NCBI RefSeq assembly: GCF_013122565.1
Contig: NZ_CP053258.1
Origin: Escherichia coli
GTDB taxonomy: Bacteria > Pseudomonadota > Gammaproteobacteria > Enterobacterales > Enterobacteriaceae
DNA: 64,000 nucleotides
Reading direction: 5' to 3' (one strand)
A program made the position numbers and the translations under genes. The notes under the pieces are model-generated. The model saw only the letters and a program-made list of their open reading frames with translations, was not told the origin of the DNA and did no database searches. Each line of letters opens with the position of its first letter. Positions within the stretch are counted from its first letter, which is position 1. Shown here in pieces: positions 12,534 through 23,423 of the stretch.

Positions 12534-14831
12534 ATGAAATGGCTATGTTCAGTAGGAATCGCGGTGAGTCTGGCCCTGCAGCCAGCACTGGCGGATGATT
12601 TATTCGGTAACCATCCATTAACGCCTGAAGCGCGGGATGCGTTCGTCACCGAACTGCTTAAGAAAATGACAGTTGATGAGAAAATTGGTCAGCTGCGCTT
12701 AATCAGCGTCGGCCCGGATAACCCGAAAGAGGCGATCCGCGAGATGATCAAAGACGGTCAGGTTGGGGCGATTTTCAATACCGTAACCCGTCAGGATATC
12801 CGCGCCATGCAGGATCAGGTGATGGAATTAAGCCGCCTGAAAATTCCTCTTTTCTTTGCTTACGACGTGCTGCACGGTCAGCGCACGGTGTTCCCGATTA
12901 GCCTCGGTCTGGCCTCGTCTTTTAACCTCGATGCAGTAAAAACGGTCGGACGTGTCTCTGCTTATGAAGCGGCAGATGATGGCCTGAATATGACCTGGGC
13001 ACCGATGGTCGATGTCTCGCGCGATCCGCGCTGGGGACGTGCTTCCGAAGGTTTTGGCGAAGATACGTATCTCACCTCAACAATGGGTAAAACCATGGTG
13101 GAAGCGATGCAGGGTAAAAGCCCGGCAGATCGCTACTCGGTGATGACCAGCGTCAAACACTTTGCCGCATACGGCGCGGTAGAAGGCGGTAAAGAGTACA
13201 ACACCGTCGATATGAGTCCGCAGCGCCTGTTTAATGATTATATGCCGCCGTACAAAGCGGGGCTGGACGCAGGCAGCGGCGCGGTGATGGTGGCGCTGAA
13301 CTCGCTGAACGGCACGCCAGCCACCTCCGATTCCTGGCTGCTGAAAGATGTTCTGCGCGACCAGTGGGGCTTTAAAGGCATCACCGTTTCCGATCACGGT
13401 GCAATCAAAGAGCTGATTAAACATGGCACGGCGGCAGACCCGGAAGATGCGGTGCGCGTGGCGCTGAAATCCGGAATCAACATGAGCATGAGCGACGAGT
13501 ACTACTCGAAGTATCTGCCTGGGTTGATCAAATCTGGCAAAGTGACGATGGCAGAGCTGGACGATGCTGCCCGCCATGTACTGAACGTTAAATATGATAT
13601 GGGGTTGTTTAACGACCCATACAGCCATTTGGGGCCGAAAGAGTCTGACCCGGTGGATACCAATGCCGAAAGCCGCCTGCACCGTAAAGAAGCGCGTGAA
13701 GTGGCGCGTGAAAGCCTGGTGTTGCTGAAAAACCGTCTCGAAACGTTACCGCTGAAAAAATCGGCCACCATTGCGGTGGTTGGGCCACTGGCGGACAGTA
13801 AACGTGACGTGATGGGCAGCTGGTCCGCAGCCGGTGTTGCCGATCAATCCGTGACCGTACTGACCGGGATTAAAAATGCCGTCGGTGAAAACGGTAAAGT
13901 GCGGTACGCCAAAGGGGCGAACGTTACCAGTGACAAAGGCATTATCGATTTCCTGAATCAGTATGAAGAAGCGGTCAAAGTCGATCCGCGCTCGCCGCAA
14001 GAGATGATTGATGAAGCGGTGCAGACTGCGAAACAATCTGATGTGGTGGTGGCTGTGGTCGGTGAAGCACAAGGCATGGCGCACGAGGCCTCCAGCCGTA
14101 CCGATATCACTATTCCGCAAAGCCAACGTGACTTGATTGCGGCGCTGAAAGCCACTGGTAAACCGCTGGTGCTGGTGCTGATGAACGGGCGTCCGCTGGC
14201 GCTGGTGAAAGAAGATCAGCAGGCTGATGCGATTCTGGAAACCTGGTTTGCGGGGACTGAAGGCGGTAATGCAATTGCCGATGTATTGTTTGGCGATTAC
14301 AACCCGTCCGGCAAGCTGCCAATGTCCTTCCCGCGTTCTGTCGGGCAGATCCCGGTGTACTACAGCCATCTGAATACCGGGCGTCCGTATAATGCCGACA
14401 AGCCGAACAAATACACTTCGCGTTATTTTGATGAGGCTAACGGGGCGCTGTATCCGTTCGGCTATGGTCTGAGCTATACCACTTTCACCGTCTCTGATGT
14501 GAAACTTTCTGCGCCGACCATGAAGCGTGACGGTAAAGTAACTGCCAGCGTGCAGGTGACGAACACCGGTAAGCGCGAAGGGGCGACGGTAGTCCAGATG
14601 TACTTGCAGGATGTGACGGCTTCCATGAGCCGTCCAGTGAAGCAGCTGAAAGGCTTTGAGAAAATCACCCTGAAGCCGGGCGAAACTCAGACCGTCAGCT
14701 TCCCGATTGATATCGAGGCGCTGAAGTTCTGGAATCAGCAGATGAAATATGACGCCGAGCCTGGCAAGTTCAATGTCTTTATCGGCACTGATTCCGCACG
14801 CGTTAAGAAAGGCGAGTTTGAGTTGCTGTAA
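12534..14831 (+). CDS. bglX: periplasmic beta-glucosidase, glycoside hydrolase family 3, 765 aa
   Basis: Signal peptide MKWLCSVGIAVSLALQPALA; GH3 motifs (KHFAAYG, GFKGITVSD) seen. Confidence 0.9.
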   Translation: MKWLCSVGIAVSLALQPALADDLFGNHPLTPEARDAFVTELLKKMTVDEKIGQLRLISVGPDNPKEAIREMIKDGQVGAIFNTVTRQDIRAMQDQVMELSRLKIPLFFAYDVLHGQRTVFPISLGLASSFNLDAVKTVGRVSAYEAADDGLNMTWAPMVDVSRDPRWGRASEGFGEDTYLTSTMGKTMVEAMQGKSPADRYSVMTSVKHFAAYGAVEGGKEYNTVDMSPQRLFNDYMPPYKAGLDAGSGAVMVALNSLNGTPATSDSWLLKDVLRDQWGFKGITVSDHGAIKELIKHGTAADPEDAVRVALKSGINMSMSDEYYSKYLPGLIKSGKVTMAELDDAARHVLNVKYDMGLFNDPYSHLGPKESDPVDTNAESRLHRKEAREVARESLVLLKNRLETLPLKKSATIAVVGPLADSKRDVMGSWSAAGVADQSVTVLTGIKNAVGENGKVRYAKGANVTSDKGIIDFLNQYEEAVKVDPRSPQEMIDEAVQTAKQSDVVVAVVGEAQGMAHEASSRTDITIPQSQRDLIAALKATGKPLVLVLMNGRPLALVKEDQQADAILETWFAGTEGGNAIADVLFGDYNPSGKLPMSFPRSVGQIPVYYSHLNTGRPYNADKPNKYTSRYFDEANGALYPFGYGLSYTTFTVSDVKLSAPTMKRDGKVTASVQVTNTGKREGATVVQMYLQDVTASMSRPVKQLKGFEKITLKPGETQTVSFPIDIEALKFWNQQMKYDAEPGKFNVFIGTDSARVKKGEFELL

Positions 14832-14842
14832 TGCTTTAGTAA

Positions 14843-14864
14843 GGGCGCGACGTTTGCGCCCTTT
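14843..14864 (+). terminator. hairpin GGGCGC-gacgttt-GCGCCC followed by TTTG, immediately after bglX stop
   Basis: Inverted repeat read directly; short U-tract. Confidence 0.5.
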
Positions 14865-14901
14865 GTAGGCCGGATAAGGCGCTCGCGCCGCATCCGGCAG
14901 G
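14865..14901. repeat. REP element (GTAGGCCGGATAAGGCGCTCGCGCCGCATCCGGCAGG)
   Basis: Canonical REP palindrome seen directly downstream of bglX. Confidence 0.65.
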
Positions 14902-15041
14902 AAACGCCGGACCGAATATGCCTCTTAAGTATTTATCTGATTCTGCAACTGATTCCTTCCGCTCAGGCTAACCCCGCCATTATCAACTATGCTTTTCTCT
15001 TAATTCGCTGAAAACAACAGTAAAAGAATGAGGAAAGCATC

Positions 15042-15959
15042 ATGCCACTCTTAAAGCTCTGGGCAGGTTCACTGGTTATGTTGGCAGCCGTGAGCCTGCC
15101 GCTACAGGCGGCTTCCCCCGTTAAAGTCGGTTCAAAAATCGATACCGAAGGCGCGCTGCTCGGCAACATCATCTTGCAGGTACTCGAAAGCCACGGCGTA
15201 CCGACGGTGAATAAAGTGCAACTCGGAACGACTCCTGTGGTGCGCGGGGCGATTACTTCCGGTGAACTGGATATCTATCCGGAATATACCGGCAATGGCG
15301 CTTTCTTCTTTAAAGATGAAAACGATGCAGCGTGGAAAAATGCCGGGCAGGGCTACGAGAAAGTCAAAAAGCTCGATGCGGAGCACAACAAGTTAATCTG
15401 GCTGACGCCCGCACCTGCGAATAACACCTGGACCATCGCCGTGCGTCAGGATGTGGCAGAGAAAAACAAACTCACTTCGCTTGCTGACCTGAGTCGTTAT
15501 CTGAAAGAGGGCGGAACCTTCAAACTGGCAGCCTCGGCAGAGTTTATCGAACGCGCCGATGCCTTACCCGCGTTTGAAAAAGCCTACGACTTTAAACTCG
15601 ATCAGGATCAGTTACTGTCACTGGCCGGTGGCGACACGGCGGTAACGATTAAAGCCGCTGCCCAGCAAACTTCTGGCGTTAATGCCGCAATGGCTTACGG
15701 CACTGACGGTCCGGTCGCGGCGCTGGGGCTGCAAACCTTAAGCGATCCGCAAGGCGTGCAACCTATCTACGCGCCTGCACCAGTAGTGCGTGAATCGGTG
15801 TTGAAGGAATATCCGCAAATGGCACAGTGGCTACAGCCAGTCTTCGCCAGCCTCGATGCAAAAACATTGCAGCAACTGAATGCCAGCATTGCAGTGGAAG
15901 GACTGGATGCCAAAAAAGTGGCTGCCGACTACCTGAAACAAAAAGGGTGGACGAAGTAA
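15042..15959 (+). CDS. osmF: periplasmic glycine-betaine-binding protein of the YehZYXW ABC transporter, 305 aa
   Basis: Signal peptide MPLLKLWAGSLVMLAAVSLPLQAA; first gene of a four-gene overlapping ABC operon. Confidence 0.9.
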   Translation: MPLLKLWAGSLVMLAAVSLPLQAASPVKVGSKIDTEGALLGNIILQVLESHGVPTVNKVQLGTTPVVRGAITSGELDIYPEYTGNGAFFFKDENDAAWKNAGQGYEKVKKLDAEHNKLIWLTPAPANNTWTIAVRQDVAEKNKLTSLADLSRYLKEGGTFKLAASAEFIERADALPAFEKAYDFKLDQDQLLSLAGGDTAVTIKAAAQQTSGVNAAMAYGTDGPVAALGLQTLSDPQGVQPIYAPAPVVRESVLKEYPQMAQWLQPVFASLDAKTLQQLNASIAVEGLDAKKVAADYLKQKGWTK

Positions 15960-15965
15960 TTTCCC

Positions 15966-17123
15966 GTGACTTATCTACGTATTAATCCTGTTCTGGCGCT
16001 GCTGCTGTTGCTGACGGCAATCGCAGCGGCGCTGCCGTTTATCAGTTACGCGCCTAATCGTTTAGTCTCGGGTGAAGGGCGACATCTCTGGCAGCTGTGG
16101 CCGCAAACGATCTGGATGCTGGTGGGCTTTGGTTGCGCCTGGCTGACAGCCTGTTTTATTCCCGCTAAAAAAGGCAGCATTTTTGCACTCATTCTGGCGC
16201 AATTCGTCTTCGTATTGCTGGTGTGGGGAGCTGGAAAGGCGGCGACCCAACTGGCGCAAAATGGCAGTTCGCTGGCGCGTACCAGCCTCGGCAGTGGTTT
16301 CTGGCTGGCTGCCGCGCTGGCATTGCTGGCCTGTAGCGATGCCATCCGCCGAATCTCCACGCATCCGCTGTGGCGCTGGTTGTTGCATATGCAGATTGCC
16401 ATTATTCCGCTGTGGTTGCTGTACTCCGGCATGCTTAACGATCTCTCACTAATGAAAGAATACGCCAACCGTCAGGATGTGTTTGACGACGCGCTGGCAC
16501 AACATCTGACGTTGCTGTTTGGTGCGGTGCTGCCTGCGTTAGTGATTGGTGTGCCGTTGGGCATCTGGTGCTACTTTTCCACTGCGCGGCAGGGGGCAAT
16601 TTTTTCTCTGTTCAATGTCATTCAGACCGTGCCTTCGGTAGCGCTTTTTGGCCTGTTGATTGCGCCGCTTGCCGCGCTGGTTACGGCCTTTCCGTGGCTG
16701 GGGAAGCTCGGCATAGCAGGAACCGGAATGACACCCGCACTGATTGCGCTGGTGCTCTATGCCTTGCTGCCGCTGGTGCGCGGCGTGGTAGTCGGTTTGA
16801 ACCAGATCCCGCGCGATGTGCTGGAGAGCGCCAGAGCGATGGGCATGAGCGGGGCGCAGCGATTCCTGCATGTTCAGTTACCACTGGCGTTACCGGTATT
16901 TCTGCGCAGCCTGCGGGTGGTGATGGTGCAAACTGTAGGTATGGCGGTGATTGCGGCGTTAATCGGCGCAGGCGGTTTTGGTGCGCTGGTTTTCCAGGGG
17001 CTGCTAAGCAGCGCCATTGATTTAGTGTTGCTGGGGGTGATCCCGGTAATTGTTCTGGCGGTGCTTACCGACGCGCTGTTCGATTTGCTTATCGCACTGC
17101 TGAAGGTGAAACGTAATGATTGA
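15966..17123 (+). CDS. yehY: ABC transporter permease YehY, 385 aa
   Basis: Polytopic membrane protein; overlaps yehX start by 8 nt. Confidence 0.9.
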   Translation: MTYLRINPVLALLLLLTAIAAALPFISYAPNRLVSGEGRHLWQLWPQTIWMLVGFGCAWLTACFIPAKKGSIFALILAQFVFVLLVWGAGKAATQLAQNGSSLARTSLGSGFWLAAALALLACSDAIRRISTHPLWRWLLHMQIAIIPLWLLYSGMLNDLSLMKEYANRQDVFDDALAQHLTLLFGAVLPALVIGVPLGIWCYFSTARQGAIFSLFNVIQTVPSVALFGLLIAPLAALVTAFPWLGKLGIAGTGMTPALIALVLYALLPLVRGVVVGLNQIPRDVLESARAMGMSGAQRFLHVQLPLALPVFLRSLRVVMVQTVGMAVIAALIGAGGFGALVFQGLLSSAIDLVLLGVIPVIVLAVLTDALFDLLIALLKVKRND

Positions 17124-18042
17124 ATTTAGCCATGTCAGCAAACTGTTCGGCGCACAAAAAGCCGTTAACGATCTCAATCTCAATTTTCAGGAAGGGAGTT
17201 TTTCGGTGCTGATTGGCACATCTGGTTCCGGCAAATCCACCACCCTGAAAATGATTAATCGCCTGGTGGAGCATGACAGCGGAGAGATCCGCTTTGCCGG
17301 AGAAGAAATTCGTTCGCTGCCAGTACTGGAGTTGCGCCGCCGGATGGGCTATGCCATTCAATCTATTGGCCTGTTCCCCCACTGGAGCGTGGCGCAAAAC
17401 ATCGCTACCGTGCCGCAATTGCAAAAATGGTCGCGGGCGCGGATTGACGATCGTATCGACGAATTAATGGCGCTACTGGGGCTGGAGTCAAATTTGCGTG
17501 AGCGTTATCCGCATCAGCTTTCCGGTGGTCAGCAGCAACGTGTGGGAGTGGCGCGCGCACTGGCTGCCGATCCGCAAGTCTTACTGATGGATGAACCCTT
17601 TGGCGCACTGGACCCGGTAACGCGCGGCGCGTTGCAACAAGAGATGACGCGCATTCACCGTTTGCTGGGGCGCACTATTGTGCTGGTCACTCATGATATT
17701 GATGAGGCGCTACGGCTGGCAGAACATCTGGTATTGATGGATCGCGGTGAAGTGGTGCAGCAGGGCAATCCGCTGACGATGCTGACTCGTCCGGCGAATG
17801 ATTTTGTCCGCCAGTTTTTTGGACGTAGTGAACTGGGTGTGCGCCTGCTTTCGTTACGTAGTGTGGCGGATTACGTGCGTCGCGAAGAACGAGCAGAAGG
17901 TGAGGCACTGGCAGAAGAGATGACGCTACGCGATGCGCTCTCTCTGTTTGTCGCGCGGGGATGCGAGGTGCTGCCGGTGGTGAACATGCTGGGCCAGCCT
18001 TGCGGCACGCTGCATTTTCAGGATCTGCTGGTGGAGGCGTAA
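17116..18042 (+). CDS. yehX: ABC transporter ATP-binding protein YehX, 308 aa
   Basis: Walker [13 protein letters not shown] signature LSGGQQQRV, Walker B LLMDEP seen. Confidence 0.9.
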   Translation: MIEFSHVSKLFGAQKAVNDLNLNFQEGSFSVLIGTSGSGKSTTLKMINRLVEHDSGEIRFAGEEIRSLPVLELRRRMGYAIQSIGLFPHWSVAQNIATVPQLQKWSRARIDDRIDELMALLGLESNLRERYPHQLSGGQQQRVGVARALAADPQVLLMDEPFGALDPVTRGALQQEMTRIHRLLGRTIVLVTHDIDEALRLAEHLVLMDRGEVVQQGNPLTMLTRPANDFVRQFFGRSELGVRLLSLRSVADYVRREERAEGEALAEEMTLRDALSLFVARGCEVLPVVNMLGQPCGTLHFQDLLVEA

Positions 18043-18046
18043 ACGT

Positions 18047-18778
18047 ATGAAGATGTTGCGCGATCCGCTGTTCTGGCTCATTGCTCTGTTTGTGGCACTG
18101 ATTTTCTGGCTGCCTTACAGCCAGCCGCTGTTTGCTGCCTTGTTCCCACAACTGCCACGACCCGTTTATCAGCAAGAAAGTTTTGCAGCTCTGGCACTGG
18201 CTCATTTCTGGCTGGTGGGAATTTCGAGTTTGTTTGCGGTGATCATTGGTACTGGTGCCGGAATTGCAGTCACTCGCCCGTGGGGCGCGGAATTTCGCCC
18301 ACTGGTGGAAACTATTGCCGCCGTTGGGCAGACTTTTCCGCCTGTCGCAGTGCTGGCGATTGCTGTTCCGGTGATCGGCTTTGGTCTGCAACCAGCGATT
18401 ATCGCCTTGATCCTGTACGGCGTGCTGCCCGTCCTGCAGGCGACACTTGCCGGGCTGGGAGCGATTGATGCCAGCGTGACAGAAGTTGCGAAGGGTATGG
18501 GAATGAGTCGTGGTCAGCGACTGCGTAAGGTCGAGCTACCGCTGGCGGCTCCGGTGATTCTGGCGGGCGTGCGAACTTCGGTGATTATCAACATTGGTAC
18601 GGCGACAATCGCCTCAACGGTAGGGGCCAGCACGCTGGGTACGCCCATCATCATCGGGCTTAGCGGATTTAATACCGCGTATGTGATCCAGGGGGCGTTA
18701 CTGGTGGCACTGGCGGCGATCATCGCAGACCGCCTGTTTGAAAGGCTGGTGCAGGCGCTTAGCCAGCACGCAAAATAA
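18047..18778 (+). CDS. yehW: ABC transporter permease YehW, 243 aa
   Basis: Polytopic permease with ABC transmembrane signature; 4 nt after yehX stop. Confidence 0.9.
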
Positions 18779-18866
18779 AGGTATAACCTGCGAGCATGAC
18801 GCCACCAATTCCGCCTAACGCCATAAACAGGAACAGGGCGATGACCCCAATTTTAGCTATGCGCAT
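18759..18866 (-). CDS. yohO: 35-aa small membrane protein ([35 protein letters not shown])
   Basis: Short minus-strand ORF not in ORF track; single TM helix; sequence matches my recollection of E. coli YohO. Its 3' end overlaps the yehW 3' end (convergent). Confidence 0.55.
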
Positions 18867-18925
18867 AATGCACTCCTTATGTTAACGAAAGGATTGTACA
18901 GTAAAGCGCATTTGTTAACGAATCA

Positions 18926-19657
18926 TTAAATGCCGAGTGGGAAAATATCATGGCCTTGTTCTTGCCAACTGGTGAGTTGCTGCTGTTGGGCGGAGGTTCG
19001 ATTTTCACCGCACCACACCAGCAATGTACGGCCTTCGAATAGTTCAGGGCGTAGTTGATTGAGCGAGTGGGCGAGGACATCAATGCGCCATCCTTGTTGA
19101 CTGGCAATCCAGCCCTCCAGCCACAGACGGGTGGTATCCTGAATATTCCAGCCAACCACCAGCGCATCTTTACCCTGTTTTTTACGTGCCGAAGCCAGAC
19201 AAATGGCGATGTAGTTGATCAGTACGCCGTCGAGGATCGCCAGCAGCGCCTGGAGAGTCGGTTGTTGGCACTGAAGCCGTCGGCGCAGAGGAATAAACAG
19301 ATGCGTGGTGAGTGTCTGGGCGGGGTAATCCTGACCGCGCTCTTTGATCCACGTTCGCAGGCTATGCAGATTGCCGCTTTGCAGGTAAGTCAGTAATGTT
19401 TCTTGCTGATCGCGCCAGCCGTTCTGCACATCAACATTTTCATTACTGAGCAGCACTTTTACTTTGCTGACCTGCACGCCGTTGTCGATCCAGCGTTTGA
19501 TCTCGCGGATCCGGTCAATATCGGCATCGTTGAACAGCCGATGACCGCCGTCTGTCCGTTGCGGTTTCAGCAATCCGTAACGCCTCTGCCACGCGCGTAA
19601 CGTGACAGGGTTAATATCACAAAGCAACGCCACTTCACCAATTGTGTAAAGCGCCAT
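18926..19657 (-). CDS. mlrA: MerR-family transcriptional regulator MlrA (regulator of csgD), 243 aa
   Basis: N-terminal MerR HTH (YTIGEVALLCDINPVTLRAWQRRYGLLKPQRTDGGHRLF) seen. Confidence 0.9.
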   Translation of the reverse strand: MALYTIGEVALLCDINPVTLRAWQRRYGLLKPQRTDGGHRLFNDADIDRIREIKRWIDNGVQVSKVKVLLSNENVDVQNGWRDQQETLLTYLQSGNLHSLRTWIKERGQDYPAQTLTTHLFIPLRRRLQCQQPTLQALLAILDGVLINYIAICLASARKKQGKDALVVGWNIQDTTRLWLEGWIASQQGWRIDVLAHSLNQLRPELFEGRTLLVWCGENRTSAQQQQLTSWQEQGHDIFPLGI

Positions 19658-19878
19658 CGTCTCACCCTTGCTCGCGAGGTCCCGGTTTAACTTTAGACGC
19701 AGTTTTGCGAACCAGGTAGTTTTGCCCGTTTTTTGTGCATCTATAGGGTGATTTTATTTTTGCCAGGCGATTTTGAGTGATCGTACTCACGAATTCTCAT
19801 TTTTCTGCAAGAGTTCAAAGAAAGTTAAACGCAGGCAATGTATGTTACGCGTTTTAAAGGGAAGTGTGGTTTGCGGGT

Positions 19879-21564
19879 ATGTACGATTTTAATCTGGTGT
19901 TGCTGCTGCTTCAGCAGATGTGCGTTTTTTTAGTCATTGCATGGTTAATGAGTAAAACGCCATTATTCATACCGTTAATGCAGGTCACGGTTCGTCTGCC
20001 GCATAAATTTCTCTGCTACATCGTCTTTTCCATCTTCTGCATCATGGGCACCTGGTTTGGGTTGCACATTGACGATTCTATTGCCAATACCCGTGCGATA
20101 GGCGCGGTAATGGGCGGCTTACTCGGCGGTCCGGTCGTCGGTGGACTGGTTGGTCTGACCGGCGGGTTACATCGATATTCGATGGGGGGCATGACCGCGT
20201 TAAGTTGCATGATCTCGACCATCGTTGAAGGATTGCTCGGCGGCCTGGTACACAGCATCCTGATCCGCCGCGGGCGCACTGATAAAGTCTTTAACCCCAT
20301 TACCGCCGGTGCCGTCACGTTCGTCGCTGAAATGGTGCAAATGTTGATCATCCTGGCAATCGCCCGACCTTATGAAGATGCGGTGCGTCTGGTGAGTAAT
20401 ATTGCTGCGCCAATGATGGTCACCAATACCGTCGGCGCGGCGCTGTTTATGCGTATATTGCTCGATAAACGCGCGATGTTTGAAAAATACACTTCAGCTT
20501 TTTCTGCCACTGCGCTGAAAGTGGCGGCCTCGACGGAAGGCATTTTGCGTCAGGGGTTTAACGAAGTGAACAGCATGAAAGTGGCACAGGTGCTGTATCA
20601 GGAGCTGGATATTGGTGCAGTCGCGATTACCGATAGAGAGAAATTGCTGGCCTTTACCGGAATTGGTGACGACCACCATTTACCCGGCAAACCGATTTCT
20701 TCGACTTACACCTTAAAAGCGATTGAAACCGGTGAAGTGGTCTACGCTGATGGCAACGAAGTACCTTATCGTTGCTCTTTGCATCCGCAATGCAAACTGG
20801 GGTCGACGCTGGTAATTCCGTTGCGTGGTGAAAATCAGCGGGTGATGGGCACCATCAAATTGTATGAAGCCAAAAACCGTTTATTCAGTTCAATCAACCG
20901 CACGCTGGGCGAGGGGATTGCGCAACTGCTTTCGGCGCAGATCCTCGCCGGGCAATATGAGCGGCAAAAAGCGATGCTCACCCAGTCAGAGATCAAACTG
21001 CTTCACGCCCAGGTGAACCCCCATTTTTTGTTTAATGCGCTTAACACCATTAAAGCGGTGATCCGTCGCGACAGCGAACAGGCCAGCCAGCTGGTGCAGT
21101 ATCTTTCCACTTTTTTCCGCAAAAACTTAAAGCGGCCTTCGGAGTTTGTTACTCTCGCCGACGAAATTGAACATGTGAATGCTTATCTGCAAATTGAAAA
21201 GGCGCGCTTCCAGTCGCGGTTGCAGGTCAACATTGCTATTCCGCAAGAATTATCCCAGCAGCAATTGCCCGCGTTTACCCTGCAACCGATAGTGGAAAAC
21301 GCCATTAAACATGGGACATCACAACTGCTGGATACAGGGCGAGTGGCAATCAGCGCCCGACGTGAGGGGCAACATTTGATGCTGGAGATCGAAGACAATG
21401 CCGGTTTGTATCAACCGGTAACCAATGCCAGTGGGCTGGGGATGAATCTGGTGGATAAGCGTTTACGTGAACGGTTTGGCGATGACTATGGGATAAGCGT
21501 CGCCTGTGAGCCTGATAGTTACACCCGAATAACGTTACGACTACCATGGAGGGACGAGGCATGA
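19879..21564 (+). CDS. btsS: LytS-family sensor histidine kinase BtsS (YehU), 561 aa
   Basis: Start ATG 19879 ([15 protein letters not shown]...); 5TM-Lyt N-terminus, H-box NPHFLFNAL, HATPase motifs. Confidence 0.9.
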
Positions 21565-22280
21565 TTAAAGTCTTAATTGTCGATGATGAACCGTTAGCAC
21601 GGGAGAACCTGCGCGTATTTTTGCAGGAGCAGAGCGATATTGAAATCGTTGGAGAGTGTTCAAACGCCGTGGAAGGGATCGGCGCGGTGCATAAACTGCG
21701 CCCGGATGTGCTGTTTCTCGATATCCAGATGCCGCGCATCAGTGGTCTGGAAATGGTGGGGATGCTTGACCCGGAACATCGCCCGTATATTGTTTTTCTC
21801 ACCGCGTTTGACGAATACGCCATTAAAGCCTTTGAAGAACATGCCTTTGATTATCTGCTGAAGCCAATTGATGAAGCGCGACTGGAGAAAACGCTGGCGC
21901 GTTTGCGGCAGGAACGCAGCAAGCAGGATGTTTCGCTGTTACCGGAAAATCAACAGGCGCTGAAATTTATCCCTTGTACGGGGCATAGTCGGATTTATTT
22001 GCTGCAAATGAAAGATGTGGCATTTGTCAGCAGTCGGATGAGCGGTGTCTACGTTACCAGCCACGAAGGGAAAGAGGGCTTTACCGAATTGACATTACGT
22101 ACCCTGGAAAGTCGTACACCACTACTGCGCTGCCATCGTCAGTATCTGGTTAACCTCGCGCATTTACAGGAGATTCGTCTGGAAGATAACGGCCAGGCCG
22201 AGTTGATTTTGCGTAATGGCTTAACCGTGCCGGTCAGCCGCCGTTATCTGAAAAGCTTAAAAGAGGCGATTGGCCTGTAA
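21561..22280 (+). CDS. btsR: LytTR-family response regulator BtsR (YehT), 239 aa
   Basis: Start overlaps btsS stop (ATGA); receiver motif [11 protein letters not shown]...D; LytTR C-terminus. Confidence 0.9.
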
Positions 22281-22326
22281 AAGACTGCTAAAATGGCTTT
22301 TTGCCTCATCAACACCTGAAGGCCTC

Positions 22327-22797
22327 ATGCTAAGTAACGATATTCTGCGCAGCGTGCGCTACATTTTGAAAGCCAATAATAATGACCTGGTGCGTATTCT
22401 GGCGCTGGGTAATGTCGAAGCCACCGCGGAACAGATCGCCGTCTGGCTACGTAAAGAAGACGAAGAGGGTTTTCAGCGTTGTCCGGACATTGTTTTGTCG
22501 TCATTCCTCAATGGCCTGATTTATGAAAAACGCGGCAAGGATGAGTCTGCTCCGGCACTGGAGCCGGAACGTCGCATTAATAACAACATCGTGCTGAAAA
22601 AATTACGCATCGCGTTTTCGCTGAAAACCGATGACATTCTGGCGATCCTCACCGAACAGCAGTTCCGCGTTTCGATGCCGGAAATTACAGCGATGATGCG
22701 CGCACCGGATCATAAAAACTTCCGCGAATGCGGCGATCAATTTTTACGTTATTTTCTGCGTGGACTGGCAGCGCGCCAGCATGTGAAGAAAAGCTAA
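22327..22797 (+). CDS. yehS: DUF1456-family protein YehS, 156 aa
   Basis: Start ATG 22327 (MLSNDILRSVRYILK...); internal duplicated half-domains visible; upstream in-frame extension in ORF track rejected. Confidence 0.8.
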   Translation: MLSNDILRSVRYILKANNNDLVRILALGNVEATAEQIAVWLRKEDEEGFQRCPDIVLSSFLNGLIYEKRGKDESAPALEPERRINNNIVLKKLRIAFSLKTDDILAILTEQQFRVSMPEITAMMRAPDHKNFRECGDQFLRYFLRGLAARQHVKKS

Positions 22798-22806
22798 GAC
22801 GGGTAT

Positions 22807-22831
22807 GGCGGCCATGCGAAACATGGCCGCC
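22807..22831. terminator. 10-bp-stem hairpin GGCGGCCATG-cgaaa-CATGGCCGCC between convergent yehS and yehR
   Basis: Perfect inverted repeat read directly; no clear U-tract on either strand, so terminator role is tentative. Confidence 0.4.
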
Positions 22832-22837
22832 GACAGA

Positions 22838-23299
22838 TTATTTCACTTCTTTAAAACCAGCGGCTTTCATCACCAGTTCCATTTGCGCCATAGTGATACC
22901 TTTTTTGGCATCTTCAGCAGAAACGTTGATTCCTGAAATACCCTGCAGGGCTTTAAAATCCACTTTTTCCATATCGATAGTCACGTTTTCCTGCGCGTAG
23001 GTATCGGTATAGGTTAATTTTTCTTCAACACCCTCGATGTTTTTGTATTTGGCGCTTAACGGCTCAAGTGTCTTGGCAGCATCTTCTTTGGTGGTTGCAC
23101 CAATGGAGGCAAATTGAATTTTGGTTTCAGAAGATTGCTTAAGCACCTTGTCACCTTTGTAGATATAGGTAATGGCAATTTCAGTGCCGTTCAGATTGGC
23201 GCTGAATTTCTTCGATTCTTCTTTGTCACCGCAGCCAGCAAGAGAGAAAACCAGAACAGATGCAACAACAAGGGAAAACAGCTTATTGAAAGCCTTCAT
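22838..23299 (-). CDS. yehR: lipoprotein YehR (DUF1307), 153 aa
   Basis: Start ATG 23299; lipoprotein signal MKAFNKLFSLVVASVLVFSLAGC. Confidence 0.8.
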   Translation of the reverse strand: MKAFNKLFSLVVASVLVFSLAGCGDKEESKKFSANLNGTEIAITYIYKGDKVLKQSSETKIQFASIGATTKEDAAKTLEPLSAKYKNIEGVEEKLTYTDTYAQENVTIDMEKVDFKALQGISGINVSAEDAKKGITMAQMELVMKAAGFKEVK

Positions 23300-23423
23300 G
23301 TAAAACTCCATTTTATTTAATCAAGGAACTGGTGACTCTCACCAGGGGCTATATAGGATATGCCTAATACCGTGGCGTGAGCAGTCCGGAACTGGAGTAG
23401 AACTCTTAGTAAAAAGCACTATT

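Noticed and set aside
13077-14369. Long antisense ORFs within bglX (13077..13682, 13746..14369) and within dld, yehM, metG and yehB
   Set aside because: Fully contained in well-supported genes on the other strand; His/Arg-rich composition typical of antisense frames in GC-rich coding DNA.
16568-17020. 150-aa alternative-frame ORF inside yehY, and the similar 9315..9611 ORF overlapping the pbpG start region
   Set aside because: Out-of-frame overlap with strongly supported membrane or periplasmic proteins; Arg/Ala-rich frame artefacts.
22807-22831. Hairpin between yehS and yehR as a small RNA gene
   Set aside because: Only a 25-nt palindrome with no promoter-like elements; most simply a bidirectional transcription stop or RNA-stabilising stem, kept as a low-confidence terminator.
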